DNA from: a virus
Lineage: Duplodnaviria; Caudoviricetes
Strand: one strand, 5' to 3'
Virus record (IMG/VR): IMGVR_UViG_3300036715_004341
Span: 1-60,257 of that record
DNA length: 60,257 nucleotides
The notes beneath the pieces were generated by a model. The model was given only the letters and a program-made list of their open reading frames with translations, ran no database searches and had not been told where the DNA came from. This document shows positions 1-10,385 of this stretch, one piece after another. Numbering within the stretch: the stretch's first letter is position 1; each line of letters starts with the position of its first letter. The translations under genes were made by a program, and so were the position numbers.

Positions 1-25
1 CCTCCCCCTCCGAGGCGACGCCCCC

Positions 26-472
26 ATGCCCGACCACGATGTCCCCCTCCCCGTGGTCCTGCCCGACTCCTCCTGGGTCACCCGATCCTCCCCCGGCTCC
101 GTCGTCACCGTCGTCTCGACCAGCGACGACATGGTCACCTTCACGACCGAGCTGGGCGCCCCGAGGAACACGATGCCTCGGCAGGACTTCCAGCAACTCC
201 ATCTCCCCCGCCTGCCCCCCGACGGCCCCCCGGTGCGCGGTCGCCCCTTCCCCGCCCCCGGCGAGGAATGGACCCACCAGGGCTCCCTCTACCGCATCCT
301 GGAGGTCGTCGGGGTCACCCGCCGCGAGGTCCGCTTCCGCCTCATCTACCAGGACCGCTCCCTCCCGAACCCCCTGCCCGTCGAGATCCTCCCCCTCACC
401 CAGTTCCTGGCCGACGAACGCTGGGCCCTCCGCATCACCCGGAGCGTTTACGACCACCTGCTCGACGACTGA
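26..472 (+). CDS. hypothetical protein with C-terminal TAYDLL-like tag (SVYDHLLDD)
   Basis: 148-aa ORF with protein-like composition; ends RSVYDHLLDD*. Confidence 0.75.
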   Translation: MPDHDVPLPVVLPDSSWVTRSSPGSVVTVVSTSDDMVTFTTELGAPRNTMPRQDFQQLHLPRLPPDGPPVRGRPFPAPGEEWTHQGSLYRILEVVGVTRREVRFRLIYQDRSLPNPLPVEILPLTQFLADERWALRITRSVYDHLLDD

Positions 473-492
473 GCTAGAAGGACCCACCCCCC

Positions 493-666
493 ATGGACCT
501 CTTCCATCGCATCTTCTGGCCCCTGGTCGCCCTCGGCCAGTTCCTCGCCGCCGCCTACCTCTACCGCTACGGCGTCATGGCCACCGTCCTCTTCGGCCTC
601 CTCGGTATCGGCTGCCTGGTCTTCACCTGGCACGACGGGAAACCCCGGCCCGTCACCCCCCCGTGA
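493..666 (+). CDS. small membrane protein (57 aa)
   Basis: MDLFHRIFWPLVALGQFLAAAYLYRYGVMATVLFGLLGIGCLVFTWHDGKPRPVTPP*; two hydrophobic segments. Confidence 0.6.
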   Translation: MDLFHRIFWPLVALGQFLAAAYLYRYGVMATVLFGLLGIGCLVFTWHDGKPRPVTPP

Positions 667-905
667 GCGCCACGTAGCAGGCCCGGGGCCCGTCGTGGAT
701 CTGCTGCGTCACCAGGTTCACTCGGGCCCCGAGCCGACCCCGCTCCCCGCTCCCCGAAGTCCCGGAGGATGCCCGACAGCTCACCCCCCTTCCCGAGGAC
801 CCTCCCCCTCCCCCTCCCCCGCGCCCGGTCCAGCTCCTACGGCGTCCGAGCCGCCTTCATCTCCGACTCGGCCCGCTTCATCATCGCCTCGATCCGCCCG
901 TCCAT
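653..905 (-). pseudogene. interrupted ORF resembling the N-terminal coiled-coil arm of PheRS alpha subunit
   Basis: MDGRIEAMMKRAESEMKAARTP*ELDRAR...VLGKGGELSGILRDFG; in-frame TAG at 837-839 and a 1-nt shift near 725; resembles the LGKKGELTxLLKxLG motif. Confidence 0.4.
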
Positions 906-1131
906 CTCCGTCGGTGCTTCCCTCGCCCTCCCCTACCCCTCCGCCCTCGCCCCGTCCACCCGTGAAGGACGACACCAGGTCGAAGCGAGGACGGAACCGC
1001 GAGGGTGGAGAGAGACAGCGCTCCTCCCGGAGCTGCTCCCGGGTCTTTCGCCCCGAGGCCAGGTCGTCCTCGTCCCTCGCTCTCGACTCCCGCTTCTCCC
1101 GCGCCCGCTGCTCCGACAGGGTCTCGCTCAT
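781..1131 (-). CDS. hypothetical protein (true 3' end probably earlier)
   Basis: MSETLSEQRAREKRESRARDEDDLASGRKTREQLREE; ATG overlaps upstream TGA. Confidence 0.45.
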   Translation of the reverse strand: MSETLSEQRAREKRESRARDEDDLASGRKTREQLREERCLSPPSRFRPRFDLVSSFTGGRGEGGGVGEGEGSTDGDGRADRGDDEAGRVGDEGGSDAVGAGPGAGEGEGEGPREGG

Positions 1132-1650
1132 TCCTTCTCGTCTTCCTCGGCCGCCTTGATCGCCGCGACCCTCTTGCCGAGGAGCTTGTGGATCTTCTCC
1201 CAGTCCTCCCGGTGAACCATCGCCGTCTCCATGAAGATCGGGTAGCCATTGACCGACCGCGGGAGCGCCGCGCTCATCGGAGAGGAAAAGCCCCCCACCT
1301 GTTCAACCTCCTACGGAAGCCACCCGTCGAAGACCCCGAAGCCGCGCGGCAAAAAGACCAGGGTCAGCATCTTCGGGTCCCGCACCTGCGTCGAAGGGTA
1401 GAGGTCCCCCGTCAAGATCCCCTGGGCCACCTCCCGGATCTTCTCCTTCGAGATCCGGCCCACCTCCCGGTTCGGCGTCCCCTGCGCCGCCCTCCAGGCC
1501 CGCGTCACCTCCCACTGGGCCTCCCGTGCCTCCCGCTCCGCCTTCGGGTCGAGAGGCAAGTCCTCTCTCCTCCGGTCGCACTCACACGGGCTGTGCAGGC
1601 ACGCCCCACACGAGGGCCACTCATCCGTCTTCGTCTCCGCCGGGTTCGAT
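1128..1650 (-). CDS. hypothetical phage protein interrupted by in-frame TAG at 1311-1313
   Basis: Frame continues through the stop: ...FDGWLP*EVEQVGGFSSPMSAALPRSVNGYPIFMETAMVHREDWEKIHKLL...EKE*; start uncertain, GGTGTAG motif at 1662-1669. Confidence 0.55.
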
Positions 1651-2208
1651 AGGGTCCTCGCCTACACCGGCCGCCAACGGCTCAGGCTTCGGCCTCTTCC
1701 GCCCCGGCAGGAAGGTCAGGCCCAGGGCCGGGTCCAGCCCCTCGGCGCACCGGGTCCGCTGCACCAGGCTGAGGAGCAGGCCCACCTCCCACCTCATCCG
1801 CCGCGTGTCCACCGCCGGCTGGAGCGCCCGCCGCACCTTCCAGCTCGCCGTCGGCACCACGACCTTCACCTGCTGCCCCGTCCACTCCGCCAGCCCCCAC
1901 CCCTCCGGCACCTCCGAAGGCGGGACGAGCCCCCTCGGCGTCAAGTACCACCGCTCCTGCCCCATCGCGTACTCCGCCCCCTCCCCCCGGTGCGCCTTGT
2001 GACGGTCCGCCAGGAAGTCCGCCCGCGAGACCTTCACCTCGACCATCACCGACCAGCCGTCCGCCCGCCATCCGAGGGCGTCCGGGTGCTCGCTCGTCTT
2101 CCATGACCGCGGCTCGACCCCCACCACCACGCACCGGTGCCCCCTCCGCAGCCACTTCCCCCCGATCACACACAGCTCCCGGTGACTCACGCCCTGCTCG
2201 TCGCTCAT
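1621..2208 (-). CDS. PD-(D/E)xK nuclease-like protein (MmcB-like)
   Basis: PDALGW...VEVKVSRADFLADRHK...RWYLTPRGLV..SEVPEGWGL motif pattern. Confidence 0.7.
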   Translation of the reverse strand: MSDEQGVSHRELCVIGGKWLRRGHRCVVVGVEPRSWKTSEHPDALGWRADGWSVMVEVKVSRADFLADRHKAHRGEGAEYAMGQERWYLTPRGLVPPSEVPEGWGLAEWTGQQVKVVVPTASWKVRRALQPAVDTRRMRWEVGLLLSLVQRTRCAEGLDPALGLTFLPGRKRPKPEPLAAGVGEDPIEPGGDEDG

Positions 2209-2908
2209 ACCCCGCCCGAGTTATCGGCGTTTCACCGGAAAATGTCGCCGGGCGACCTTTTGTGCGCCCCCCTGACCCCCAGGGTTTCGCCCTTTTGGGC
2301 CCGGAAGTCCGCCGGGCCAGAAAATGCGAGCCCCACGCCCCTTCCCGGCCCTTCGATCAGGGGGGTGGGGGTGCCCTTTTCCCCGCATTTCGGCCCCCCT
2401 CACGATCAGTTTCCATGCGCCAACTGAATACGCCCCCTACCAGGGTCCCCCCTACCCGCAAAACATAGCCAAGCGGTTCTGGACTTTCTCGCGCAGGGCC
2501 CAGGGGGCCAGGGTCACCCCCGAGGGAGCGGTTCTCGGGTTTGCAGGCAGGGCGACAGGGAGGGGGCAAGGAGGCCCTGGGGTCCCCCCACGGAGACCAG
2601 GGCGCATCACCCCTCATCAGGCTCACCTTGACCCCGCCGAATCCTCGCACGGGCCCCCTCCTTCAGCCCGGGGGGCAGGAAAGAGGGGGCCACTTCCGCG
2701 CAACTCACACGGGCCCTACGCATGGCCAGGGTAGGGGTGAGTGTAGGGGGGCCGGGGCTCGATCCAGGCGCATGAGGGGCCCACGAGACCGGCGCGGGCT
2801 CCTGTCTGGCCTCCGTAGGGCCCAGCACCCCCGCATAGACAGATCACCTGGCCCCTGCGGGGCCAGTGGATGGGTCAGGTGCGGGGTGCCTCCCCTGCTC
2901 TGGGGGCC

Positions 2909-2953
<45 letters not shown>

Positions 2954-2979
2954 TGGGGGCGGGTGGGGTGCCAGGGGGC

Positions 2980-3141
2980 CTACTCGGGGTCAGGGGGGCC
3001 CCCTGGGGAGAGGGCGAGGAGGGCATGGCGGAGGAAGGTCCAGGCGAGGAGGACGGCGAGGGGGAGGGAGCCGTGGCCCCAGGCCCAGACGAGGGCCATG
3101 GCGAGGAGGTAGGCGGCGAGGATGCCCAGGAGGGGGGCCAT
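2980..3141 (-). CDS. small membrane protein
   Basis: MAPLLGILAAYLLAMALVWAWGHGSLPLAVLLAWTFLRHALLALSPGGPPDPE*. Confidence 0.55.
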   Translation of the reverse strand: MAPLLGILAAYLLAMALVWAWGHGSLPLAVLLAWTFLRHALLALSPGGPPDPE

Positions 3142-3142
3142 G

Positions 3143-4255
3143 TCAGTCTCCGAGGAGGAGGGCGTAGGCGGCGGGGGGCTGGTCGGGGATGTACTTGGGG
3201 GTGGGGGGCCTGGGCGCGGGGTCGGGGCGGAGGAGGCGCTGGTGGACGGAGGGGGCGGGGAGGGGTGCCCCGTCCTTGGCCTGCGGGTTCTCGTAGGTGT
3301 CGACGACGCCTTCCTCCTTGGCCATGAGGGTGAGGGGGGCGGTCTGGCAGACGGCAGCGAGGATGCCGGTGACGCGGTGTCGGAGGCGGGTTCCTCGTCG
3401 CCACTCGTGGGGGCCGTCTTGGGGGCGGGGCGTGGGGCGGAGTTCTCGGGGGTCAGGGCGACGAAGTAGGGGGAGGGTCCGACCTTGCTGTGTTCGGAGG
3501 GGGCAGGGGAGGGCGCGGGGCGGTCCAAGGCCATGAGTTCGGCGAGGCCGCCCTGGAGGGGGAGGGGTTCGGACTCACCGCGTTCGAGGTAGCGGGCCAT
3601 GTCGTAGACGGCGCCGGGGGAGAGATTCACGTCCCGGCCGACGCGCTGGCAGAGGGCCTGGCAGATGCGGAGGGCGTAGAGGCGGAGGGCGACCGTAGGG
3701 AGGTAGACCTTGTCCTCGGTTCGATTGGCCCGATGGAGCCGGTCGAGGTGGCGGAGGGCCTCGGCCATGAGGCGGCGGATGAAGAGGGGCAGGGACAGGG
3801 TGGTCTGACCGAGCCGCTGCACGAAGGAGTCGCCGAGGAGGGGCATCCGTTCGCGTATTCCCTGGGCCCGGTTGGCGTAGACCTCGGGGGGAAGGGCATA
3901 GAAGTCCAGGATGGCCGCGAGGGTGTGGGAGGCGGGCTCCCTGGCGCCGGAGAGGAGCTTGTCGGCGACGAGGACCTGGGGGCTGGGGGAGACGCCGAGC
4001 CTCCATGTCCTCGTGGGCGACGACGCGGGCGGCGAGCTGGAGGAGGGGGGAGTCGGGGACGGGCTGCCTGGGGGAAGGTCGCCAGAGGCCCTGGCGACGG
4101 AGGCACTGGGCTGCCGATCGGCAGAGGGTGTGGAGGGCTTCAGGGAAGGGCCTTGACCGGGAGCGGTAGCGGGCCCGGAAGAGGGTTTGGAGGGCGTCCC
4201 TGTCCCGATCGACGATGGGGTCGTGGAAGGTCTCGTAGGGGGCAACGTGGGGCAT
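3143..4255 (-). CDS. hypothetical protein, frameshifted; C-terminal tag AAYALLLGD
   Basis: ATG 4255 (MPHVAPYETF) 8 nt after GGTGTAG; protein-like sequence switches frames (HTLAAILDFYALPPEVY..., then MAKEEGVVDTY...PAAYALLLGD*). Confidence 0.5.
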
Positions 4256-4491
4256 GGCCTGGACTACACCGCGCCTTGCCCTCGGGCTCAGCCTCCGAGG
4301 TAGCCCGTGATCTGGACGCAGCATCCGACGGAGAAGGGGCCTTCGTCTTCGGACACGGAGTGGACGACCAGCCCTCCTGTGTGGGCCTGGACGCGGCTGG
4401 CGGTGCGCTGGAGGAGGGCGACCAGCTCGGCCTTCTTGGAGCCCGAGTGGGTCTCTTCCCATGTCCGGGCGTGGGCGGAGGCTTCGTCGCT

Positions 4492-4869
4492 TCACGGCCG
4501 GGTCAGGTGGGCGAGGCGGACGAGTTCGATGGCGCCTTCGAGTCCGGCGTCGAGGAGACGCTGGCAGAGGGCTTCCTCGTCATGGGCCAGGCGGTACGGG
4601 TCCGTGAGCCGGGTCCAGACCTCGATGAGCCTGGGGATCGGGTCGCCGGGGACGGGGGAGGGCCGTGAGGCTTCGGGGAGGAAGTGGGCGTGAAAGATGA
4701 AGTGGGCAGCCTCCGTAGGGTAGTAGAGCCGGAGGCTGTAGTCGGCGCTCTGGTAAAGACCGGAGGTGCCGTCCGAGAAGAGGGTGGGGCGGGTGTCGAC
4801 GGGGAGGCCGGCGGCCTGGCGGGCCTGGCGAGCGGCGAGGACGGCGGAGCAGGGGACGGGTTCGGTCAT
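4492..4869 (-). CDS. hypothetical protein
   Basis: 125-aa ORF; ATG 9 nt after CGGTGTAG. Confidence 0.65.
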   Translation of the reverse strand: MTEPVPCSAVLAARQARQAAGLPVDTRPTLFSDGTSGLYQSADYSLRLYYPTEAAHFIFHAHFLPEASRPSPVPGDPIPRLIEVWTRLTDPYRLAHDEEALCQRLLDAGLEGAIELVRLAHLTRP

Positions 4870-4900
4870 GGTCCTGGGCTACACCGGAGTTTGATCGGGC

Positions 4901-5600
4901 ATGAGGGAAGCTCTGATCAGCGTCCGGCTGTTCTCGTCGCGCGACGAGGTGGAACTCTCCCCGGATCTGCGGGTGGCCGTGGTGGGCGAGGAGAAGGAGA
5001 CCGAGCGGTCCACGGAGCCGCACGCGGTGCTCTCCCGGGATGCCTCGGACGTGGAGGTGTCGGTGGCCCTTGCGCTCCGTGGGGCCACGGGCATCCGTTT
5101 GACGACCCTCGGGGCCTGGCGGGAGGGGTGGGGGTGGGGACCTGGTCTGGGTCCAGAGGGAGGGCGCCGAGGAGGGCCAGGCGGTGTGGGAGCGGGTCCG
5201 GGTGCTGGGGGTGCCGGGGGAGTGGTATCGGGACGGGCGCCGTGGGGGCGCGAAGTGGATGGACAAGGAGGCGGGGGACGTGTGCGTCGAGAAGCTCCGG
5301 GCCCTGTCCTTGCGGAGGAGGGCCCTCGACGGCGACGTGCCGACCAAGGCGGTCATCCTCTCGCACTCCCGGCAGCACGAGGGGGATCCGCCCTTTCAGA
5401 ACCAGGTTTACCCCGAGCACAGGCTGCTGTGGCTCGGGTTGCGGTCGATGTCGGGCTCCTTTGCTGACCCGTGGCATCGGACGATCGACGCGGTCCTGGC
5501 GGGGGCGGTCTGCCTGCTGGCCCGTCCCCGGAGCGCGAGCCCTGGCCCGCGGGGCTCGGCTGGATCACGACCCGCATCGTGGACCCCTGAGCCGGTGTAG
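4901..5600 (+). CDS. hypothetical protein, probably one frameshifted gene
   Basis: MREALISVRLF... continues in the frame of ORF 5184..5600 after a G-rich run. Confidence 0.5.
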
Positions 5601-5609
5601 GGGGAGGGG

Positions 5610-5846
5610 ATGAGCAAGCCCCCTCCCCCTGACCCCCAGCCCTGGGTCCGCCTCCCCGGGGCGACCCCGAACGATGACCCGGAGAGCGACCGCGAGAGGG
5701 ACATCCACCTCGCCATGGCCGTCTACGGGCGGGAAGGGAAGAAGGGGCCCCGCCTGGTCATCGCCATCGAGCCCGGGCTCAAGGACCTCCGCCTGGCCAC
5801 CTTCCACGATCCCTTCACGGTCTGCGTCCAGGGGGCCCGGTGCTGA
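5610..5846 (+). CDS. hypothetical protein
   Basis: 78 aa; ATG 9 nt after CGGTGTAG. Confidence 0.6.
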   Translation: MSKPPPPDPQPWVRLPGATPNDDPESDRERDIHLAMAVYGREGKKGPRLVIAIEPGLKDLRLATFHDPFTVCVQGARC

Positions 5847-6085
5847 TCACGGACGCCCGCCGCACCGAAATCCAGGACCTCGCCCTGCGGATCGACGAGG
5901 CCCTGGCCCGGCAGGAACAGATCCAGACCCTCCGCCGCGACGCCGAAGAAGATCAGGTCAAGGCCGCCGAGGAAATGAAGGCGACCCGCGCCCGCATCCT
6001 CGTCGGCCCCTGCGACCATCCCCCCTTTGCCCGGAGCCGGGTCCTCACCGGCTTCTGCCACCTCTGCGACCAGGAAATCGAATGA
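5840..6085 (+). CDS. small coiled-coil/Cys-His protein
   Basis: Coiled-coil-like N half, then CDH...CHLC; overlaps both neighbours. Confidence 0.6.
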   Translation: MLITDARRTEIQDLALRIDEALARQEQIQTLRRDAEEDQVKAAEEMKATRARILVGPCDHPPFARSRVLTGFCHLCDQEIE

Positions 6086-6696
6086 ATAGCTGGACCCACC
6101 GTGACGTTCCGCCCTTCGGAACGAGCCTCAACCTTCACCCCAAGTCGCTCGCCGCGTACACCCTACTGATGCACCTGCTCGTCTTCGGCCGATCCTGGGG
6201 CAAGCCGCGCTACTGGGGAGCCGAGGGGGAGGTCACGCCCGGCGTCGTGTCACCCACGCCGGACCGGCGCTTCTCCGGGGAGACGGCCCCGGGCCTCCTC
6301 CGGCGCATCACGAGCTTTTCCGACGACAAGCGCAAGACCGGGCTCAAGGTGGCCATGACGGGCCACGTCCCGACCGAGACCATCCTCCCCTTCCAGAGGT
6401 GGGCCTACCCCGGCGACTTCCGCTTCCACGAGGCCAGCGTCTGGCTCCCCGGGACCGAGCAGCCCACCGACTTGCTGTGGATCACGGCCCAGATGAGGGA
6501 GGGTTCCCACGCCATCCGGCGCGACAAGGAACGCCCCCTCGCCTCAAACGCCAGGTGGGTCATGGCGCGACACGCTCCCGCTCATCCTCGAACACGGCCG
6601 TCGTGGACGTCCCCTGGCCGAGCTGGGCGGGGCCCTGCTCCAGCTCCGGCATCCCCTGGAGGTAGAGGGCCATCACCTGCCGCAAGGGTCCCATGA
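6082..6696 (+). CDS. hypothetical protein (3' end uncertain)
   Basis: MNSWTHRDVPPFG..., ATGA coupling with the upstream gene; overlaps the end of the convergent gene. Confidence 0.55.
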   Translation: MNSWTHRDVPPFGTSLNLHPKSLAAYTLLMHLLVFGRSWGKPRYWGAEGEVTPGVVSPTPDRRFSGETAPGLLRRITSFSDDKRKTGLKVAMTGHVPTETILPFQRWAYPGDFRFHEASVWLPGTEQPTDLLWITAQMREGSHAIRRDKERPLASNARWVMARHAPAHPRTRPSWTSPGRAGRGPAPAPASPGGRGPSPAARVP

Positions 6697-8509
6697 GGGC
6701 GTCGGTGACGACGTCGCCCACGCCGGTCATGGCCCGGACCCGCAGCTCCCGGGCCAGCCGCTCGACGCGGGGGTCGGTCAGGGGCATCGCCGACAGGCCC
6801 AGCGAGAGGATGCTGGCGAGCATTGCCCCCCCGATCTCGGTCTTCATGAAGTCGGCGACCTTGCCTCGGAGGGCGTCGTCGTCCGGCCCGAGGTGGCGGG
6901 AGACCAGGGCGGCTCCCGGTTCCTGAACCATCTTGACGAACTGGGAGGCGGCCGTGCGCCACGCGGCGTCGTGGGCGTCCCGGTTCAGGGTCGTGAGGGC
7001 CCTCTGCGTCGTCGTGGGGGCGGTCTGTCCGTCCGTGGTTCCGTTGGGTTTCTGCGTCGCGGTCTTCTGATCCTGGGCCATGTACTGCTCCTTGAATGCC
7101 TGGGTTTGACTCGTGCTGCCGGAGTCCCTCATGCTCGCGATCAGGTCAGCCGGGGGCATCTCCTGCGTGAGCGCCGTGGGCGGGGCGGGGGGGACAGGTT
7201 GCTCTACACCAACAGGTGCCGCGATCTTCTTCGGGCTCATGTCGGCCTTCTGCTGCGTCGGGCCCATCCGGTGGAAGGTCCGCAGGCTGGCGATCATGGA
7301 CCGGTGCTTGTCCTTGATGAGCCTGACCCAGTGCGGCCCCACCGCCGCCCGGAGCTTGTCCCACTCGTCCACCAAGCGCATGGCGGTGGCCTTCGCCGTC
7401 TCCTTGCCCGTCGCCTGCGTCTCGGGCAGGACCGCCACGTCCAGGAACTCCTGGGACCGTTCATAGAGGATCCGGAGGTCCTCCCTGGACTGCTGCTCGG
7501 CCGAGCGGGCCCAGGGGAGCTTCTTGGCCTCGTCCTTCGCCCGCGCGGGCTTCGGGGCCGGGGGCATGGCGGCGGGGATCACGCCCCCCTTGGCCATGAA
7601 GCGGCGGAGGGTGGTGAGGTGGGTCCGCTGGTTGTCGTTGAGGAGCGTGGGCCATTGCTGGTAGTCGACCTGGTCGACCGACACGCGCAGGTTGTCCCAC
7701 TTCTGCAAGAGCGTCAGGCCCGCGGCGGCGTCCCCTCCCGTCGTGAGGAGCCGCTCCGTGTCCGCCGTCAGCACGACGATCATCTTCCGGGCGATGTCCC
7801 AGTCGTGGGGCGGCGGCGCGGTCTCCGTGCCCTCCTCGGGCTCCGGGAAAGCCACGTCCATCTCCTTGTCGATCGCGCTCGGGACGGGGACCGCCTGGTC
7901 TTGCTTCGCCCACTCCTTCCACATGGCGTCGCTCTCTGGAGTCCCAACGGCCGTGGACGTGCCCGTGTTCCGGGTGTCCCACGCCCGGAAGGTCGCGATC
8001 AGGCGCCGCTGCTGGTCGGTGAGCTGGATCACGGGCACCTGGCCCATGAGCGCGCGGTGGTCCCGCGTCATGCTCTCCAGGATGTCCCGGATCTCGCGGA
8101 GGGCGTTTCGGGCCTCGGGGACCCGGGCGCTCAGGAGCACCGGGTTGCTCCGATCCGTCCATTCGGTCAGCTCCGCCTGGAAGAGCGCCTCCAGATAGGT
8201 GCGCAGGAAGGGCCGCAAGCTCTCCATGTCGCGGGGGGCGGGTTCCAGGTTCATCTCCCATTCCCGCCAGCGAGTGCGCAGGGTCCCGGTTCCGGCTCCG
8301 GCTTCCATCGCCTGCTTCATGCGGGCGAGGATGTCGTCGGCGCGCGTGGGGGAGGGTGGGGCCGGGGGGGCGGCATCCGGGGGGCCGTTCAGGGCGGCGT
8401 CGAGGGCCCGGGCGCGATCGACGTCGGTTGCCATGGCGACGTCCCTCGATGCGTTCGAGGCCATCGTCATGGTGGGGCGGGAGAGATTCATGGTTGCCGG
8501 GGCTTTCAT
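6560..8509 (-). CDS. large alpha-helical hypothetical protein (~650 aa)
   Basis: Long ORF with repeated helical blocks (W..L......L.D.QR..I.TLR.F occurs three times); start could be GTG 8581. Confidence 0.75.
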   Translation of the reverse strand: MKAPATMNLSRPTMTMASNASRDVAMATDVDRARALDAALNGPPDAAPPAPPSPTRADDILARMKQAMEAGAGTGTLRTRWREWEMNLEPAPRDMESLRPFLRTYLEALFQAELTEWTDRSNPVLLSARVPEARNALREIRDILESMTRDHRALMGQVPVIQLTDQQRRLIATFRAWDTRNTGTSTAVGTPESDAMWKEWAKQDQAVPVPSAIDKEMDVAFPEPEEGTETAPPPHDWDIARKMIVVLTADTERLLTTGGDAAAGLTLLQKWDNLRVSVDQVDYQQWPTLLNDNQRTHLTTLRRFMAKGGVIPAAMPPAPKPARAKDEAKKLPWARSAEQQSREDLRILYERSQEFLDVAVLPETQATGKETAKATAMRLVDEWDKLRAAVGPHWVRLIKDKHRSMIASLRTFHRMGPTQQKADMSPKKIAAPVGVEQPVPPAPPTALTQEMPPADLIASMRDSGSTSQTQAFKEQYMAQDQKTATQKPNGTTDGQTAPTTTQRALTTLNRDAHDAAWRTAASQFVKMVQEPGAALVSRHLGPDDDALRGKVADFMKTEIGGAMLASILSLGLSAMPLTDPRVERLARELRVRAMTGVGDVVTDALMGPLRQVMALYLQGMPELEQGPAQLGQGTSTTAVFEDERERVAP

Positions 8510-8577
8510 CTCGTTCGGGAGGTAGGGCAGGGGGCTTGGGCTGTTCAACAGTCCTCGGGGGCGTGGGTACAGGTGAT

Positions 8578-9144
8578 TCACGGGTCGTCTCTCGTCAACA
8601 GCTCGTAGGCGGTGGTCGCGGGGGACAGGGCCTGGCGTGATCGTGCCCTCATGGCCGTCCAGAAAGCCCGGACTTCGGCCGCTTCCTCCGTACTCAGCTC
8701 CCCTCGCAGGGTGAACTTGACCAGGCACTTGCCCGTGATCTCCCCGGGGTTGAGGTGCATCGTGACGCCGGGCACCGCCGGTTTCGGGAAGCGGGCGGCC
8801 ACGGCAAGGAACGGGGCCTTTGCTTCCAGACGCTTGGCCTCTTCCGTCGCCAGGCGTGGGGTCGTTTCCCACGCCTTGTGGACCGCGGTCTTCAGGAGCT
8901 TCGCGGACTGCCGGCGCCCCTCCCCCCATTTCGGGAGGGGGATCTCGTCAAGGTGCGCGGCCCTGGGGGCACTGCTCTGAAAGAAGCGCACTTTCCCGTT
9001 GTCGACCTTGACGTTGACCTCCCGGCCGCAGACCTCGACCGTGACGGTCCGGTACGGGGCGCCCTCGGGCATGGGTCCGGGGTCGGGGTAGCCGCCGGCC
9101 ACGGCGGCCTTGCGGAGTCGCCCCCACGTTGCTTCGTAGCTCAC
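8578..9144 (-). CDS. hypothetical protein with C-terminal tag TAYELLTRDDP
   Basis: GTG overlapping the upstream TGA; ends PATTAYELLTRDDP*. Confidence 0.7.
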   Translation of the reverse strand: MSYEATWGRLRKAAVAGGYPDPGPMPEGAPYRTVTVEVCGREVNVKVDNGKVRFFQSSAPRAAHLDEIPLPKWGEGRRQSAKLLKTAVHKAWETTPRLATEEAKRLEAKAPFLAVAARFPKPAVPGVTMHLNPGEITGKCLVKFTLRGELSTEEAAEVRAFWTAMRARSRQALSPATTAYELLTRDDP

Positions 9145-9590
9145 AGCTCGACCCCCAGGATGGCGGCTGCCTTCCGCACGTCCTCGTCGGTCAGGCCCAC
9201 CTGGGGATCGGGCTGAATGTGGGGGACGCGCTTCCGGTCCGGGTAGTTGACGCGGTCCCCGTCGATCGCCACGAACCCGAGGGCGGCCTGCTCGAGGTGC
9301 GCCTGGAGAAGCCAGCCGACCTCGTTGCACTTGTACGAGGACATCTTGCGCGGCGTCATGGCCAGGAAGGCCCCTGTCCACCCCTTCCTCTGGAGGAGGG
9401 CGGTCAGGGCTTCGAGGGGGAGCATGTGCCCGATCGCGTGGGATGAAGTCGACCTTGCCTGGGATGGGGTTGAGCTTCTGCACCAGCTCCGGCAGCACCA
9501 GCTCCTCGTGGGGGACCTCTGCATGACCTCCTCGCGGGAGGCTTCGGTGGTGAGGACGTTGTCCATGCTGAGAAACCCGATGGGGCGCAT
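9141..9590 (-). CDS. degenerate HAD-superfamily (HAD_SAK_2-like) protein
   Basis: IGFLSMDNVL (DxDGVL-like), TPR, NEVGWLL, FVAIDGD, DPQVGLTDEDVRKAAAIL. Confidence 0.55.
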   Translation of the reverse strand: MRPIGFLSMDNVLTTEASREEVMQRSPTRSWCCRSWCRSSTPSQARSTSSHAIGHMLPLEALTALLQRKGWTGAFLAMTPRKMSSYKCNEVGWLLQAHLEQAALGFVAIDGDRVNYPDRKRVPHIQPDPQVGLTDEDVRKAAAILGVEL

Positions 9591-9608
9591 GGTGTACCAC
9601 CTACCCCG

Positions 9609-10385
9609 ATGACCTTCGACGAGCACAGTCAGTGGTTCGCGGCCGGCCACGAGGGGTTCAAGCACGACCTCTCCGGGTACTCGACCTCCAGCCCCATCCG
9701 GCAGCACCCCTTCTACCGGGAGGTCGTGGCCCGGGGCGCGTGCATGACCCCCACGCTCGGCCTGATGGTGGCGGGGGGCGCGCACCCGTGGATGTCGGCC
9801 CTGCGCACCATCCTCGGCGCCGGACCCCTGTTTGTCCCGGAGGAGCGCGGCGTGATGCCCCTGGTCACGGCCGGGTGGTGGCGCTGGCTCCGGGCCGAGG
9901 GGCACCTGCGGGGCCTGAGGCTCGGGGCCTTCGACCTTGACGCCCCCTACACCGGCGCACCCGTCACGGACCTGCCCTCCCTCATCTACAACGGCCGGTG
10001 GTTCGTCGAGGATGACCACCAGGACATCCCCCCGGAGCACCCGGCCCTCTCCCTCCTCACCGCGGAGGCGCACCTGCGGGCCTACGTCCGGCGACAGGCG
10101 TGGGCTTACACGGGTTACGGCGGGGGGACGTGGTCCCTCGCGCTGCCCTTCGAGTACCGGCTCTCCTGCGTCACCGAAGCCATGGCCCGGGGTGGCTTCC
10201 GCCACACGCCTCCGGTGCTCTGGGAGGGCGTGGAATACGGACTCCCCGAGGGGGTAGGGATCATCGAGCGCACGGCCCCGTGGGGGAGTCTGTACCGGAG
10301 GCACCTGCTCTACCCCGAGCGGATCTGCATCTTCGTCCCGCCCGCCCGGACCGCCTACGATCACCTGAACGGGGGGGCCCCGTGA
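9609..10385 (+). CDS. hypothetical protein, paralog A; C-terminal tag TAYDHLNGGAP
   Basis: 258 aa; shares blocks with the next gene. Confidence 0.75.
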   Translation: MTFDEHSQWFAAGHEGFKHDLSGYSTSSPIRQHPFYREVVARGACMTPTLGLMVAGGAHPWMSALRTILGAGPLFVPEERGVMPLVTAGWWRWLRAEGHLRGLRLGAFDLDAPYTGAPVTDLPSLIYNGRWFVEDDHQDIPPEHPALSLLTAEAHLRAYVRRQAWAYTGYGGGTWSLALPFEYRLSCVTEAMARGGFRHTPPVLWEGVEYGLPEGVGIIERTAPWGSLYRRHLLYPERICIFVPPARTAYDHLNGGAP

